From Thermoanaerobaculia bacterium (GTDB lineage Bacteria > Acidobacteriota > Thermoanaerobaculia > Multivoradales > Multivoraceae), in contig OY762911.1 in NCBI GenBank assembly GCA_963666565.1, forward strand, positions 832,001 to 896,000: 64,000 bases of DNA. The letters are read 5' to 3'. Position 1 is the first letter of the stretch. Every line of letters begins with the position of its first letter. Under the pieces are notes generated by a model, which had not been told where the DNA came from, ran no database searches, and saw nothing but the letters and a program-made list of their open reading frames with translations. Shown piece by piece: positions 33,540 through 43,609 of this stretch. A program made the translations under genes and the position numbers.

Positions 33540-34655
33540 TCAGACGTTGACGAACCGCCGCGCGTCGAGGCCGATCATCAGCCCGGTGGCCGCGCAGCAG
33601 AAGAGCATGAAGGAGCCGCCGTAGCTCAGGAAGGGCAGCGGGATGCCGGTGATCGGAAGCAGGCCGACCACCATCGCCGTATTGTAGAGAACGTGGCCCG
33701 CGATGAAGGCGAGCAGGCCGGTGACGAGCAGCACGCCAGCCGGGTCTCGCGCCGCGAACGCGACGCGCGCGCCGTTCCACAGGTAGAGCGCGAACAGCCC
33801 CAGCACGACGGTGACGCCGGCGAACCCGTACTCCTCGGCCAGCACGGCGAACGCGAAGTCGGTGTGCGGCGTCGGCAGGAACTGGAGGTTCGACTGCGTG
33901 CCCTCGCCGTAGCCCTTGCCCAGCATCTGGCCCGACCCGACGGCGATGCGGCTCTGACGCACCTGGTAGCCGGACCCGAGAGGATCCGCGTCGGGCCGGA
34001 AGAAGCTCGACAGGCGCTCCTTCTGGTAGTCCTGCAGGGCGAAGATCCAGATGCCGCCCGCGATCAGGGCGGCGGCCGCCGCCGCCATCAGCACGGAGCG
34101 GCGCCTGACCCCGGCGACGAGCGCCATCGCGACGAGCATCGGCACGAACATCATCGCGCCGCCCATGTCCGGTTGCATGGCAATCAGCGCCACCGGCACG
34201 GCCACGAGCGCCGAGGCCGCCACCAGCCAGCCGCGAGGAGCGACCGGCGCCTGCGCTTCCGCCACGTATCGGGCCAGCAGGAGGACCGTCGCGATCTTGC
34301 AGAAGTCCGACGGCTGGCCGCCGAAGCCGCCGATTCCGATCCAGCTCCGGGCGCCGCCCGCCTCGTGGCCGAAGAACGTCACCGCGGCGACCGCGGCGAC
34401 CGCGGCCAGGTAGATCCAGAAGGCGTACCGGAGCAGCAGCGCGTAGTCGACCGCGGCCGCGGCCGCCATCGCCAGCAGACCCAGAGCGATCCACGCGGAC
34501 TGCCGCGAAACGTGGCCTGCGTCCAGCTCCGCCGAAGCGCTCGAGATGACGATCAGACCGATCGCCGACAGCGCCAGCGCGGAAGAGCCGAGCAGCCAGG
34601 AGACGGAGCGGACCCGGCGGACCAGGGGCCACGGATCAGGTCTCGCCGGAATCAC
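33540..34655 (-). CDS. rodA: Rod shape-determining SEDS protein RodA
   Basis: GARSWI, QPDMG, PTPHTDFAF, ITGIPLPFLSYGGS; GAGGAG RBS before GTG 34655. Confidence 0.92.
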   Translation of the reverse strand: MIPARPDPWPLVRRVRSVSWLLGSSALALSAIGLIVISSASAELDAGHVSRQSAWIALGLLAMAAAAAVDYALLLRYAFWIYLAAVAAVAAVTFFGHEAGGARSWIGIGGFGGQPSDFCKIATVLLLARYVAEAQAPVAPRGWLVAASALVAVPVALIAMQPDMGGAMMFVPMLVAMALVAGVRRRSVLMAAAAAALIAGGIWIFALQDYQKERLSSFFRPDADPLGSGYQVRQSRIAVGSGQMLGKGYGEGTQSNLQFLPTPHTDFAFAVLAEEYGFAGVTVVLGLFALYLWNGARVAFAARDPAGVLLVTGLLAFIAGHVLYNTAMVVGLLPITGIPLPFLSYGGSFMLFCCAATGLMIGLDARRFVNV

Positions 34656-36438
34656 CGAAGTACTCCTCGTGCAGGCGCCCGGCGAGCGGCGCCGCCGCTT
34701 CCGAGCCCCGGCCCCCGTGCTCGACGAACACGACGACGACGAGCTCCGGCGCCTCGACCGGCGCCCAGGAAGTGAACCAGGCGTGGTCGGCCTGGTCCGG
34801 CGGCAGATCCTCCGAGCGGGTCCACGTTTCCTGGGCGACCACCTGGGCCGTGCCCGTCTTGCCCGCCACGGCAACGACCGGCGTCCGGGCACTGGCGCCC
34901 GTTCCGTTCGCAACAACGTTGGCGAGAGCTTCGGCAACGAAGGAGACGACGGCGGGCGCCAGGCCCGTCGGCGCCGGCGGCGCGCCGCCGCCCTCCAGGA
35001 CGTGGGGTCGCACGAGGAGTCCCCCGTTCGCCACCGCGGCCGTCATCACCGCCACCTGCAGCGGCGAGGTCAGGAGCGGTCCCTGGCCGATCGCCACCGA
35101 CACCGTCTCGCCCGGGTACCACGGGTAGCCTCGCCGGTCCCTGCTCCATTGGGGATCGGGCACCAGGCCGGCGTTCTCGCCGGGGAGTTCGATGCCGGTC
35201 CGGCCGCCCAGCCCGAGCCGGCGGGCGGCGGCGGCGATCCTCTCGATTCCGATCCGGACGGCCTGCCGGTAGAAGTAGATGTCGCAGGAGTGCTGGAGGG
35301 CCGCGCGCAGGTCGACGCGGCCGTGCCCCCTCGGCTGCCAGCAGCGCCAGCGGCGGTCGTAGAGGCGGGTCGCGCCGCCGCAGTAGACGGTCTCCTCCGG
35401 GTCGATCGGGCCGCTCGCCAGGATCGCCGCCGCCGTCGCGATCTTGAACACCGAGCCGGGCGGGTAGACGTTCTGGATCGCGCGGTTCTGCAGCGGCTTG
35501 CCCGGCGCGTCGACGATCGATTCCCACTCCTCCTGGCTGAGCCCGCCGGCGAAGGCGTTCGGATCGAACGACGGGGAGGAAACCATGGCCCGGACCGCGC
35601 CGTCTCTCGGGTCGAGCGCCACGATCGCGCCGGCCTTGTCCGCCAGCAGGCTCTCCGCCAACTGCTGCAGCCGCAGGTCGATCGTCAGGACGACGGACTC
35701 GCCGGGCGCCGCGTCGATCCGCCGCACGTCCTCGACCGGCATCAGCCGGCCCAGACTGTCGATGACCACGGTTCGTTCTCCGTGCGTGCCCCGCAGCGCC
35801 CGGTCGCGCAGAAGCTCAACGCCGCTGCGGCCGATCAGGTCCCCCGCCGCCAGCGAATCGTCCCGAGCGTGCTCGGCGGGAGTGGGCTCGCCGAGGTAAC
35901 CCACCAGATGGGCGGTCTGGAAGCTGTGCCGGTAGAGGCGGCGCCGCGAGGTGGCGATCTCGAACTCCCGGTGCTCGGGTACCGAGACCTCGAACCGCGC
36001 GACCTGGTTCAGCTCCAGATCTTCGGCGAGCAGCACGGGCACCTCCCGGGGGACGCCCCGATGACGCTCCAGCGCACTCCGGAGCTCCCGCTCGTCCCGG
36101 CCGAGGATCTCGGCCGCCAAAGCCAGGCTGGCGCCTAGATCCGCGCTCCTGCTGCGGTCGATCATCAGCCGGAAGGTGGGCGTGTTCTCGACCAGTATCC
36201 GGCCCGAACGGTCGTGGATCGGACCTCTTGGCGCGTCCAGCCGGAGCACCCGCAGCCGGTTGTTCTCGGCCAGCCGCTCGTAGCGTTCGGCGCGGACGAT
36301 CTGGTGGTACCAGTAGGCGCCGAGCACGACCGCCAGACCCAGGCCCAGCGCTCCGCACAGCCATCTGAGCCGGACCGCCATGTCCAGCAGCAGCCGGTCC
36401 GAACCGTGCTCGCCCGCGGGGTTCCGCCGGCTCTTCAT
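34636..36438 (-). CDS. mrdA: Penicillin-binding protein 2
   Basis: APRG, YPPGSVFK (SxxK), SCD (SxN variant), GKTGTAQ. Confidence 0.93.
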   Translation of the reverse strand: MKSRRNPAGEHGSDRLLLDMAVRLRWLCGALGLGLAVVLGAYWYHQIVRAERYERLAENNRLRVLRLDAPRGPIHDRSGRILVENTPTFRLMIDRSRSADLGASLALAAEILGRDERELRSALERHRGVPREVPVLLAEDLELNQVARFEVSVPEHREFEIATSRRRLYRHSFQTAHLVGYLGEPTPAEHARDDSLAAGDLIGRSGVELLRDRALRGTHGERTVVIDSLGRLMPVEDVRRIDAAPGESVVLTIDLRLQQLAESLLADKAGAIVALDPRDGAVRAMVSSPSFDPNAFAGGLSQEEWESIVDAPGKPLQNRAIQNVYPPGSVFKIATAAAILASGPIDPEETVYCGGATRLYDRRWRCWQPRGHGRVDLRAALQHSCDIYFYRQAVRIGIERIAAAARRLGLGGRTGIELPGENAGLVPDPQWSRDRRGYPWYPGETVSVAIGQGPLLTSPLQVAVMTAAVANGGLLVRPHVLEGGGAPPAPTGLAPAVVSFVAEALANVVANGTGASARTPVVAVAGKTGTAQVVAQETWTRSEDLPPDQADHAWFTSWAPVEAPELVVVVFVEHGGRGSEAAAPLAGRLHEEYFGDSGET

Positions 36439-36451
36439 GTGGCCATCCCGG

Positions 36452-36967
36452 TCACCGCAGGCCCGTCCTCCCCTCCTTCAGTGTACGCCGTTCGTCCGCC
36501 CACGCCTTGAAGCGGTCGGCCAGCCACAGGCTCGGCACCCCGACCGCGGTCGTCGCGGCCACCCGCAGCGGCACGGCGGTCCCGCCGCCGAACTCGCCGA
36601 CCTCCAGAACCGCCAGCAGGCCGAGGACGATCGCCTGGTGAACGAGCGCGCCGACCGCCATCAGGAGCCACGCCACCGTCCGCTGGCTGGTCATGACGCG
36701 CTGCGACAGGCGCGCCGCGCCGTAGCCGACGACGCAGCACGCCAGGCCGTGGAGGCCGAACGGCGTCGTGGCCAGCGTGTCCTGAACCAGCCCGGCGGCC
36801 AGCCCGCCGGTCACTCCGTGCAGGGAGTTGCCGCTCAGGCCGGCCACCACGACGAGCACGACGAACAGGTCCACCATGTCGCCGGCCGCCGGCAGCACTT
36901 CGGCCAGCAGGAGTTCGACGAGCGAGACCGCGGCCAGTCCGGCGGCGAGCCTAGCGGGCCACGGCAT
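36452..36967 (-). CDS. mreD: Rod shape-determining protein MreD
   Basis: Hydrophobic membrane protein with GLVQD...FGL motif between mreC and mrdA. Confidence 0.8.
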   Translation of the reverse strand: MPWPARLAAGLAAVSLVELLLAEVLPAAGDMVDLFVVLVVVAGLSGNSLHGVTGGLAAGLVQDTLATTPFGLHGLACCVVGYGAARLSQRVMTSQRTVAWLLMAVGALVHQAIVLGLLAVLEVGEFGGGTAVPLRVAATTAVGVPSLWLADRFKAWADERRTLKEGRTGLR

Positions 36968-37790
36968 CCGCGCCGTCCATGAACGCCTCGGGCACCGGGT
37001 CGGTGCGCCAGACGAAGGCATGGCTGAGCGAGCCGAGATCCACGCTCGGAGCGACCTCGATCTCGTGAAAGGCGTCGCCGCTGGACTCGACGGACGTGAC
37101 CGTGCCGAGCGGGATGCCGCGGGGGAAGACGCCGTCGATGCCGGCCGTGATCACCCGGTCCCCCGGACGCACCTCGGCCTGCAGCGGCACGAACTCGAGC
37201 GAGAGCACGCCGGACCGCCTCGTGCCGCGGACGATGCCCTGGCGCCGGGTGCGCTCGATCATCGCGCCCACCGAGGACTCCCGGTCGGTGACCATCAGCA
37301 CCCGCGCGTAGGCGCCGCCGGCGAAGACGACCCGCCCCAGCACTCCATCGACCGTCGTCACCGGCCGCCGCGCCCACTCTTCCCGGCCGCTTCCGCGCGG
37401 CAGGCGCAGGATCGCGCTGCGGCGCAGCGACCGGTGGTCCACGGAGACGACGTCGGCCAGCACCAGTTCCGCGTCCGCCGGCCGCTCGTAGCCGAGCGGG
37501 GCCGACAGCAGGTCTACCTCCAGTTTCGCTCCCAGGGCCGCCGCGTGAGCGGCTTCGAGTTCCCGAACGCGGCTTCGAAGCTCCGCGTTGTCCCTCTCCA
37601 GGCGGGCCCGCGTCCGCCAACCCTCCCGCGTGCGCTCGACGGCGCCGACCGCGCCGGCGACGAGTCCCTTGACCGGCGCCTCCACCCACAGGGCTATGTC
37701 GCCGGCCCGTTCGGGCGACTGGGCGGTCAGCGAGGCGAGCAGAACGATCACCGCGACGGCGAACAGGATGGCGATCCGACGCTCGCTCAT
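36951..37790 (-). CDS. mreC: Rod shape-determining protein MreC
   Basis: N-terminal TM, coiled coil, GVLGRV, GDRVITAGIDGVFPRGIPLG. Confidence 0.9.
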   Translation of the reverse strand: MSERRIAILFAVAVIVLLASLTAQSPERAGDIALWVEAPVKGLVAGAVGAVERTREGWRTRARLERDNAELRSRVRELEAAHAAALGAKLEVDLLSAPLGYERPADAELVLADVVSVDHRSLRRSAILRLPRGSGREEWARRPVTTVDGVLGRVVFAGGAYARVLMVTDRESSVGAMIERTRRQGIVRGTRRSGVLSLEFVPLQAEVRPGDRVITAGIDGVFPRGIPLGTVTSVESSGDAFHEIEVAPSVDLGSLSHAFVWRTDPVPEAFMDGADAVAR

Positions 37791-37816
37791 CGTGGCGACC
37801 GCGTCCCCGGCGCTCC

Positions 37817-38833
<1,017 letters not shown>

Positions 38834-38856
38834 TCGTAAACGGACCTCGCGCCGCG

Positions 38857-38893
38857 ATCATAGCGCCGAACGACCGCCCGATCCTGCTAGCAT
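38857..38893. promoter_or_regulatory. Back-to-back -10 elements for mreB (-) and ppiD (+)
   Basis: Minus TATGAT at 38857-38862; plus TGcTAGCAT at 38885-38893. Confidence 0.5.
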
Positions 38894-38935
38894 CCCGACC
38901 GCGCTGCGCCACCGCCGGGCGCCGGAGTCCAGATC

Positions 38936-40894
38936 ATGCTGAACGTCATCCGCAAGAACATCAAGAGCTTCTACCCGCTGGCCATCGGGCTCGCCGGTGT
39001 GTTCGTGCTCCTGGTCTTCACCGACTTCCGGTCGCTGGAGGGCACGCGCATCAACCCGGACGCCGCCACCGTGGGCAACGAGAGCATCACCTTCGCCGAG
39101 TTCGAGCGCAGCTACCGGAACGCGGAGAGCCGCTACCGGGAGATCTACGGCGATGCCTTCAACGCGGATCTCGCCGACCAGCTCCAGTTGCCGGTGCAGG
39201 CCCTGGAAGCCCTGATCAACGACCGTCTCCTCATCCGGGAAGCGGAACGGATGGGGCTGACCGTCAGCGACGAGGAGCTGCAGGAGGAAATCCTCGCCGT
39301 ACCCGGCCTGACCGACGGCGCCGGGAACTTCATCGGCGCCCGGCAGTACCAGGATCTCCTGCGCGCGAACCGGATGACGGTGGACGACTTCGAGTCCGAC
39401 CTGCGGGACGCCCTGCTGATCCGGAAGCTGCAACTGGCGCTCGCCGAAGTCGCCCACGTTTCCGACGCCGAGGTCGAGCTGCGGGGCCGCGAGGCGGCCG
39501 AACGCGCGGCGATCCGCTACTTCCAGGTCCCGGCGAGCCGCTACGCCGCCGAGGCCGAGCCCTCGGACGAGGCCGCCAGGGCGTACTTCGAGGAACACGG
39601 CGACGAGTTCGAGCTCCCCGAGCGCCGGCGGGTGGGCTATCTCCTGGTCAGCACGAACACGGTTCGGGCCGAGCTCGAGGTGACCGACGACGAGGCCCAG
39701 GCCTACTACGACGAGAACCCGGACCAGTTCGAGATCCCGGAACAGGTCCGCGCCAGCCACATCCTCCTGCTGGAGAGCAACGAACGGGACGCCGAACAGG
39801 CGCGGGCGTTGCTGGACCGGCTGCGCGGCCGCGTCGAGGCGGGAGAGGACTTCGCGGCGCTGGCCCGCGAGTACTCGGACGACGAAGCGACGAAGGAGGC
39901 GGGCGGCGACCTCGGCTACTTCGGCCGCGGCGCGATGACGCAAGCGTTCGAGGACGCGGCGTTCGGGGCGGCGAGCGGCGACCTGGTCGGACCGATCGAG
40001 AACCAGCTCGGCCCCCGCACCGGCCATCACCTGATCCTCGTCCACGAGCGCCGCGAGGGCGGCCGCCAGACCTTCGAGGAGGTCGGCAACCTGATCCGCG
40101 TTCAGCTCGAGGCCACCCGGGCCGAGGAAGAGTCGAAGAGCCGCATCGACGCCCTGCACGAGCGGCTGGCGGACGAGTCGTTCGCGGGCGAAGACGAGGC
40201 CCGGGAACTCGCCGCCGCCGAAGGGCTCGTTTACGCGAGCACGGAGCCCGTGGGAGAAGACGACGCCGTCGCCGGCATCGGACGGAACTTCAACTTCAGT
40301 TCCGCGGCGTTCGGACTCGAGACCGGCGCCTGGTCGGAACCGGTCCGCATCGCGGCGGGCTGGGCCCTGCTCACCGTGCTCGAGGTGCTGCCGCCGCGCG
40401 ACTCGGCGTTCGAGGAGGTCGAAACGGACGTCCGCGACGTCGTCCGCCGCCAGAAGGAAGGCGAGCTCCTGGCGTCGGCGCTCACGGAGGCGCGGGGACG
40501 GGTCGAGGACGGCCTGGGCATGGACGACGCGGCCGGGGAGTTCGAGGCCACGATCGAGGAGAGCGGCGCCTTCGGACTGCGCGAGGCGATCGGGACCCTG
40601 GGCGTCATGCCCGAGCTCTCGCGCGAGGTGTTCGCGCTCTCCGCCGGCCAGTTCGGCGGCCCGGTGGACACTCCGTTCGGCGCGGTGCTGTTCGAGGTGA
40701 CGGAGCGCGAGTCCTTCGATCCCGCACTGTTCGACCCGGAGGCGACCCGGAACGAGCTGCTGAACGAACGGAACCAGACGATGCTCCAGTCCCTGCTGCA
40801 GAACCTCCGCGAGGAGCTCGGCGTCCGCTACACGCAGGACTTCATCGAGAACTTCGGTCTGGCCGAGACCGAAGCCGAGGCGGCCGGCGCCTGA
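38936..40894 (+). CDS. ppiD: PpiD/SurA-like membrane-anchored peptidyl-prolyl isomerase
   Basis: N-terminal TM, SurA N-domain, parvulin motifs VRASHILL, FAALAREYSDD, GGDLGYF. Confidence 0.85.
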   Translation: MLNVIRKNIKSFYPLAIGLAGVFVLLVFTDFRSLEGTRINPDAATVGNESITFAEFERSYRNAESRYREIYGDAFNADLADQLQLPVQALEALINDRLLIREAERMGLTVSDEELQEEILAVPGLTDGAGNFIGARQYQDLLRANRMTVDDFESDLRDALLIRKLQLALAEVAHVSDAEVELRGREAAERAAIRYFQVPASRYAAEAEPSDEAARAYFEEHGDEFELPERRRVGYLLVSTNTVRAELEVTDDEAQAYYDENPDQFEIPEQVRASHILLLESNERDAEQARALLDRLRGRVEAGEDFAALAREYSDDEATKEAGGDLGYFGRGAMTQAFEDAAFGAASGDLVGPIENQLGPRTGHHLILVHERREGGRQTFEEVGNLIRVQLEATRAEEESKSRIDALHERLADESFAGEDEARELAAAEGLVYASTEPVGEDDAVAGIGRNFNFSSAAFGLETGAWSEPVRIAAGWALLTVLEVLPPRDSAFEEVETDVRDVVRRQKEGELLASALTEARGRVEDGLGMDDAAGEFEATIEESGAFGLREAIGTLGVMPELSREVFALSAGQFGGPVDTPFGAVLFEVTERESFDPALFDPEATRNELLNERNQTMLQSLLQNLREELGVRYTQDFIENFGLAETEAEAAGA

Positions 40895-40919
40895 GCTCGG
40901 CGCGGCCATCCACACCGGC

Positions 40920-41537
40920 TTGATCGGCTACCTGCGCGGGCGCCGCCAGGCTCTCGAACCCGAGAGCCTGGTGCTCGACGTGAACGGCGTCGGCTACGCC
41001 GTGCGAATCCCCATGTCGACCTACTTCGAGCTGGAGAAGCTCGAGGCGGAGGACGAGATCGGCCTGTTCGTCCATACCCACGTCCGCGCCGACGCGATCG
41101 AGCTGTTCGGCTTCCGGACGGAGACCGAGCGGACCCTGTTCGAGCACCTGCTCGGCGTCGGCGGCGTCGGGCCGCGACTGGCCCAGGTCGTCCTGTCGGG
41201 CGGCTCCACCAGGGACCTGCTGAACGCCATCGGCGGCGGCAACGTCGCGTCCCTGACCCGCATCCCGGGCATCGGCCGCAAGACGGCCGAGCGGATGGTC
41301 CTGGAACTCCGGGAGAAGGCGAAGACGCTGCTCGCCGAGGCGGGCGCCGAACCGGAGCAGGCCGAGCCCGAGCCCGGCCGGGAGGACGAGCGGGAACAGG
41401 CGGTCGGCGCCCTCGTCAACCTCGGCTACCGCACCGCCGAAGCGCAGCGCGCCGTGTCGGCCGTGCTGGCGGAGACGCCCGAGATCGAGTTCGAGGACCT
41501 GCTGCGGATGAGCCTGCGGCGATTGTCGCGGCTCTGA
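40920..41537 (+). CDS. ruvA: Holliday junction branch migration protein RuvA
   Basis: MIGYLRG, DVNGVGY, LFGF, GVGPRLA, IPGIGRKTAER, ALVNLGY. Confidence 0.95.
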   Translation: MIGYLRGRRQALEPESLVLDVNGVGYAVRIPMSTYFELEKLEAEDEIGLFVHTHVRADAIELFGFRTETERTLFEHLLGVGGVGPRLAQVVLSGGSTRDLLNAIGGGNVASLTRIPGIGRKTAERMVLELREKAKTLLAEAGAEPEQAEPEPGREDEREQAVGALVNLGYRTAEAQRAVSAVLAETPEIEFEDLLRMSLRRLSRL

Positions 41538-41609
41538 TGGCGGAGCGCGGAGCGGCAGAGCAGCGGAGCGGCAGAGGCCGGAGCGGCGGAGGCGGCCAGA
41601 GCGGCCGGA

Positions 41610-41820
41610 GCGGCGGTGGACGGACCCGCCCGTCTTGGGTCGGGAGGGGTCGGCGCCCAGGTGACGCGCGCGCTCGAGAGGAGAAGGGCAGGGTTGCGCT
41701 TGCTCCGCTTCACTCGCTTCGGTTGGGCGTCGGTGAGTGCAACGTCGCCGGCAGTCGCTCGTTCAGAGGCACCTGGGCGCCGACCCCTCCTGACCCGACT
41801 GGGCTGGACGTCGTTGCCGG
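41610..41820 (+). repeat. ~210-nt palindromic dispersed element, copy B
   Basis: 210/211 identical to the reverse complement of 43317-43527; arms at 41637-41663 and 41770-41796. Confidence 0.95.
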
Positions 41821-41847
41821 CCGGGCTGACGGAGAGGGCTCGTGCCA

Positions 41848-42076
41848 CTGGCTGCGCGGGTCTGCCGGCCCGCATGCCGCCCCGCACTGGCTGCGCGGAT
41901 CTGCCGACCCGCGTGCCGCCCCGCGCTGGCTGCGCGGATCTGCTGACCCGCATGCCGCCCCGCGCTGGCTGCGCGGATCTGCTGACCCGCATGCCGCCCC
42001 ACGCTGGGTGCGCGGGTCTTCTGACCCGCATGCCGCCCCACGCTGGGTGCGCGGGTCTTCTGACCCGCATGCCGCC
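41848..42076 (+). repeat. Tandem array of six 39-nt units, each containing a REP hairpin
   Basis: Units start at 41848, 41887, 41926, 41965, 42004 and 42043; no unique spacers. Confidence 0.95.
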
Positions 42077-42140
42077 GGAGGCGGCCAGGAAACGCGCCGC
42101 GAAGCGGCGGCGACCCGGGCAGCGGGGTAGCATCGCCGCC

Positions 42141-43172
42141 ATGGCCGGGCCGGGCGCCGAGGAGATCGAACGGAACATCCTCTCGGGCGCGCCGGATCCG
42201 GACGACCGCCGCGTCGAGCCGTCGCTGCGACCGCGGCGTCTGGCCGACTACCTGGGCCAGAAGAAGATCGTCGATCTGCTCGACATCTACATGCAGGCGG
42301 CACGGGGCCGGGGCGAGCCGCTGGATCATGTCCTTCTGTTCGGGCCCCCGGGGCTGGGCAAGACGACGCTCGCGCACATCGTCGCCCGCGAGATGGGCGC
42401 GGTCCTGCGGTCCACGTCGGGCCCGGTGCTCGAGCGCGCCGGCGACCTGGCGGCCATCCTGACCAACCTGGAGCCGGGCGACGTCCTGTTCATCGACGAG
42501 ATCCACCGGCTCGGCCCGACCGTCGAGGAGATCCTCTACCCGGCGCTCGAGGACTTCCAGCTCGACCTGGTCATCGGCCAGGGGCCGATGGCGAAGACGG
42601 TGCGGATCGACCTGCCTCGCTTCACCCTGGTCGGCGCCACGACCCGCGCCGGCCTGATCACGCCGCCGCTGCAGGCGCGCTTCGGCATCGTCCATCGGCT
42701 CGACTTCTACAGTCCAGAGGTGCTGAGAGTCATCGTCCAGCGTTCCGGCGACCTGCTCGAGGTGCCGGTGGACGAGGGCGGCGCCAGCGAGATCGCCCGG
42801 CGCAGCCGCGGCACTCCGAGGATCGCCAACCGGCTGCTGCGCCGGGTGCGCGACTTCGCGCAGATCGAGGGCGACGGCCGGATCGACCGCGCGACCGCGA
42901 ACCGGGCCCTGGAGCAACTCGAAGTCGACGAGCACGGCCTGGACGAGATCGACCGCAAGATCATGGGCCTGCTGATCCGGCAGTACGACGGCGGCCCCGC
43001 CGGCATCAAGGCCCTGGCCGCCTCGGTCGGCGAAGACGAGGGCACGATCGAGGACATCTACGAGCCGTACCTCATCCAGGAGGGCTTCCTCCAGCGCACC
43101 CGCCGCGGCCGCGTCGCGACCCGACGCGCCTACGAGCATCTGAACCTGCCCGTCCACGGCACGCTCTTCTAA
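42141..43172 (+). CDS. ruvB: Holliday junction branch migration helicase RuvB
   Basis: [37 protein letters not shown]; ATG 7 nt after TAGCAT. Confidence 0.96.
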   Translation: MAGPGAEEIERNILSGAPDPDDRRVEPSLRPRRLADYLGQKKIVDLLDIYMQAARGRGEPLDHVLLFGPPGLGKTTLAHIVAREMGAVLRSTSGPVLERAGDLAAILTNLEPGDVLFIDEIHRLGPTVEEILYPALEDFQLDLVIGQGPMAKTVRIDLPRFTLVGATTRAGLITPPLQARFGIVHRLDFYSPEVLRVIVQRSGDLLEVPVDEGGASEIARRSRGTPRIANRLLRRVRDFAQIEGDGRIDRATANRALEQLEVDEHGLDEIDRKIMGLLIRQYDGGPAGIKALAASVGEDEGTIEDIYEPYLIQEGFLQRTRRGRVATRRAYEHLNLPVHGTLF

Positions 43173-43215
43173 CTGGGTGCGCGGGTCTTCTGACCCGCTG
43201 CCGCCGAAGGCGGCC
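43173..43215 (+). repeat. REP unit plus GCCGCCGAAGGCGGC hairpin directly after the ruvB stop
   Basis: Exact consensus CTGGGTGCGCGGGTCTTCTGACCCGC at 43173-43198. Confidence 0.88.
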
Positions 43216-43316
43216 AGGAGCCCCGCCAGTTCCACGCAAGCCTGCGCCGCAGAACGCCGCGAGGCAAGTCCGGGCGCAGGCGCCGCCGTAGCCCCCGCAG
43301 ACTCCGTGTCTGGCCC

Positions 43317-43527
43317 CCGGCAACGACGCCCAGCCCAGTCGGGTCAGGAGGGGTCGGCGCCCAGGTGCCTCTGAACGAGCGACTGCCGGCGACGTTGCAC
43401 TCACCGACGCCCAACCGAAGCGAGTGAAGCGGAGCAAGCGCAACCCTGCCCTTCTCCTCTCGAGCGCGCGCGTCACCTGGGCGCCGACCCCTCCCGACCC
43501 AAGACGGGCGGGTCCGTCCACCGCCGC
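43317..43527 (-). repeat. ~210-nt palindromic dispersed element, copy C (inverted relative to B)
   Basis: Reverse complement differs from copy B at a single position. Confidence 0.95.
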
Positions 43528-43609
43528 ATGGCGCCGGCCCGCGCTCGCGTGTACGCTATTGCGCCCTTGGCGCTCTCCCGCCACGACGTGACCTCCGACC
43601 CACCCGACC

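Noticed and set aside
41538-41609. GGAGCGGC-type short repeats after the ruvA stop
   Set aside because: Irregular low-complexity tract with no fixed period; no separate function can be supported.
41610-41800. Group IIC intron 3' end (GTGGACGGACCCG...GGGAGGGG...CCCCTCCT.ACCCGAC resembles DV/DVI)
   Set aside because: The DV basal stem and catalytic triad cannot form, the closing stem has no bulged A, and there is no RT gene or 5' GTGCG end. An Infernal search would settle it.
41848-42076. CRISPR array
   Set aside because: The 13-nt linkers are near-identical rather than unique spacers, and there are no cas genes in the window.
41537-42140. ORFs 41537-42130, 41426-42178 and the 175-aa N-terminal extension of RuvB
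   Set aside because: They are read through stop-poor GC-rich repeat DNA; RuvB homology starts near 42141, where a -10 and ATG are present.
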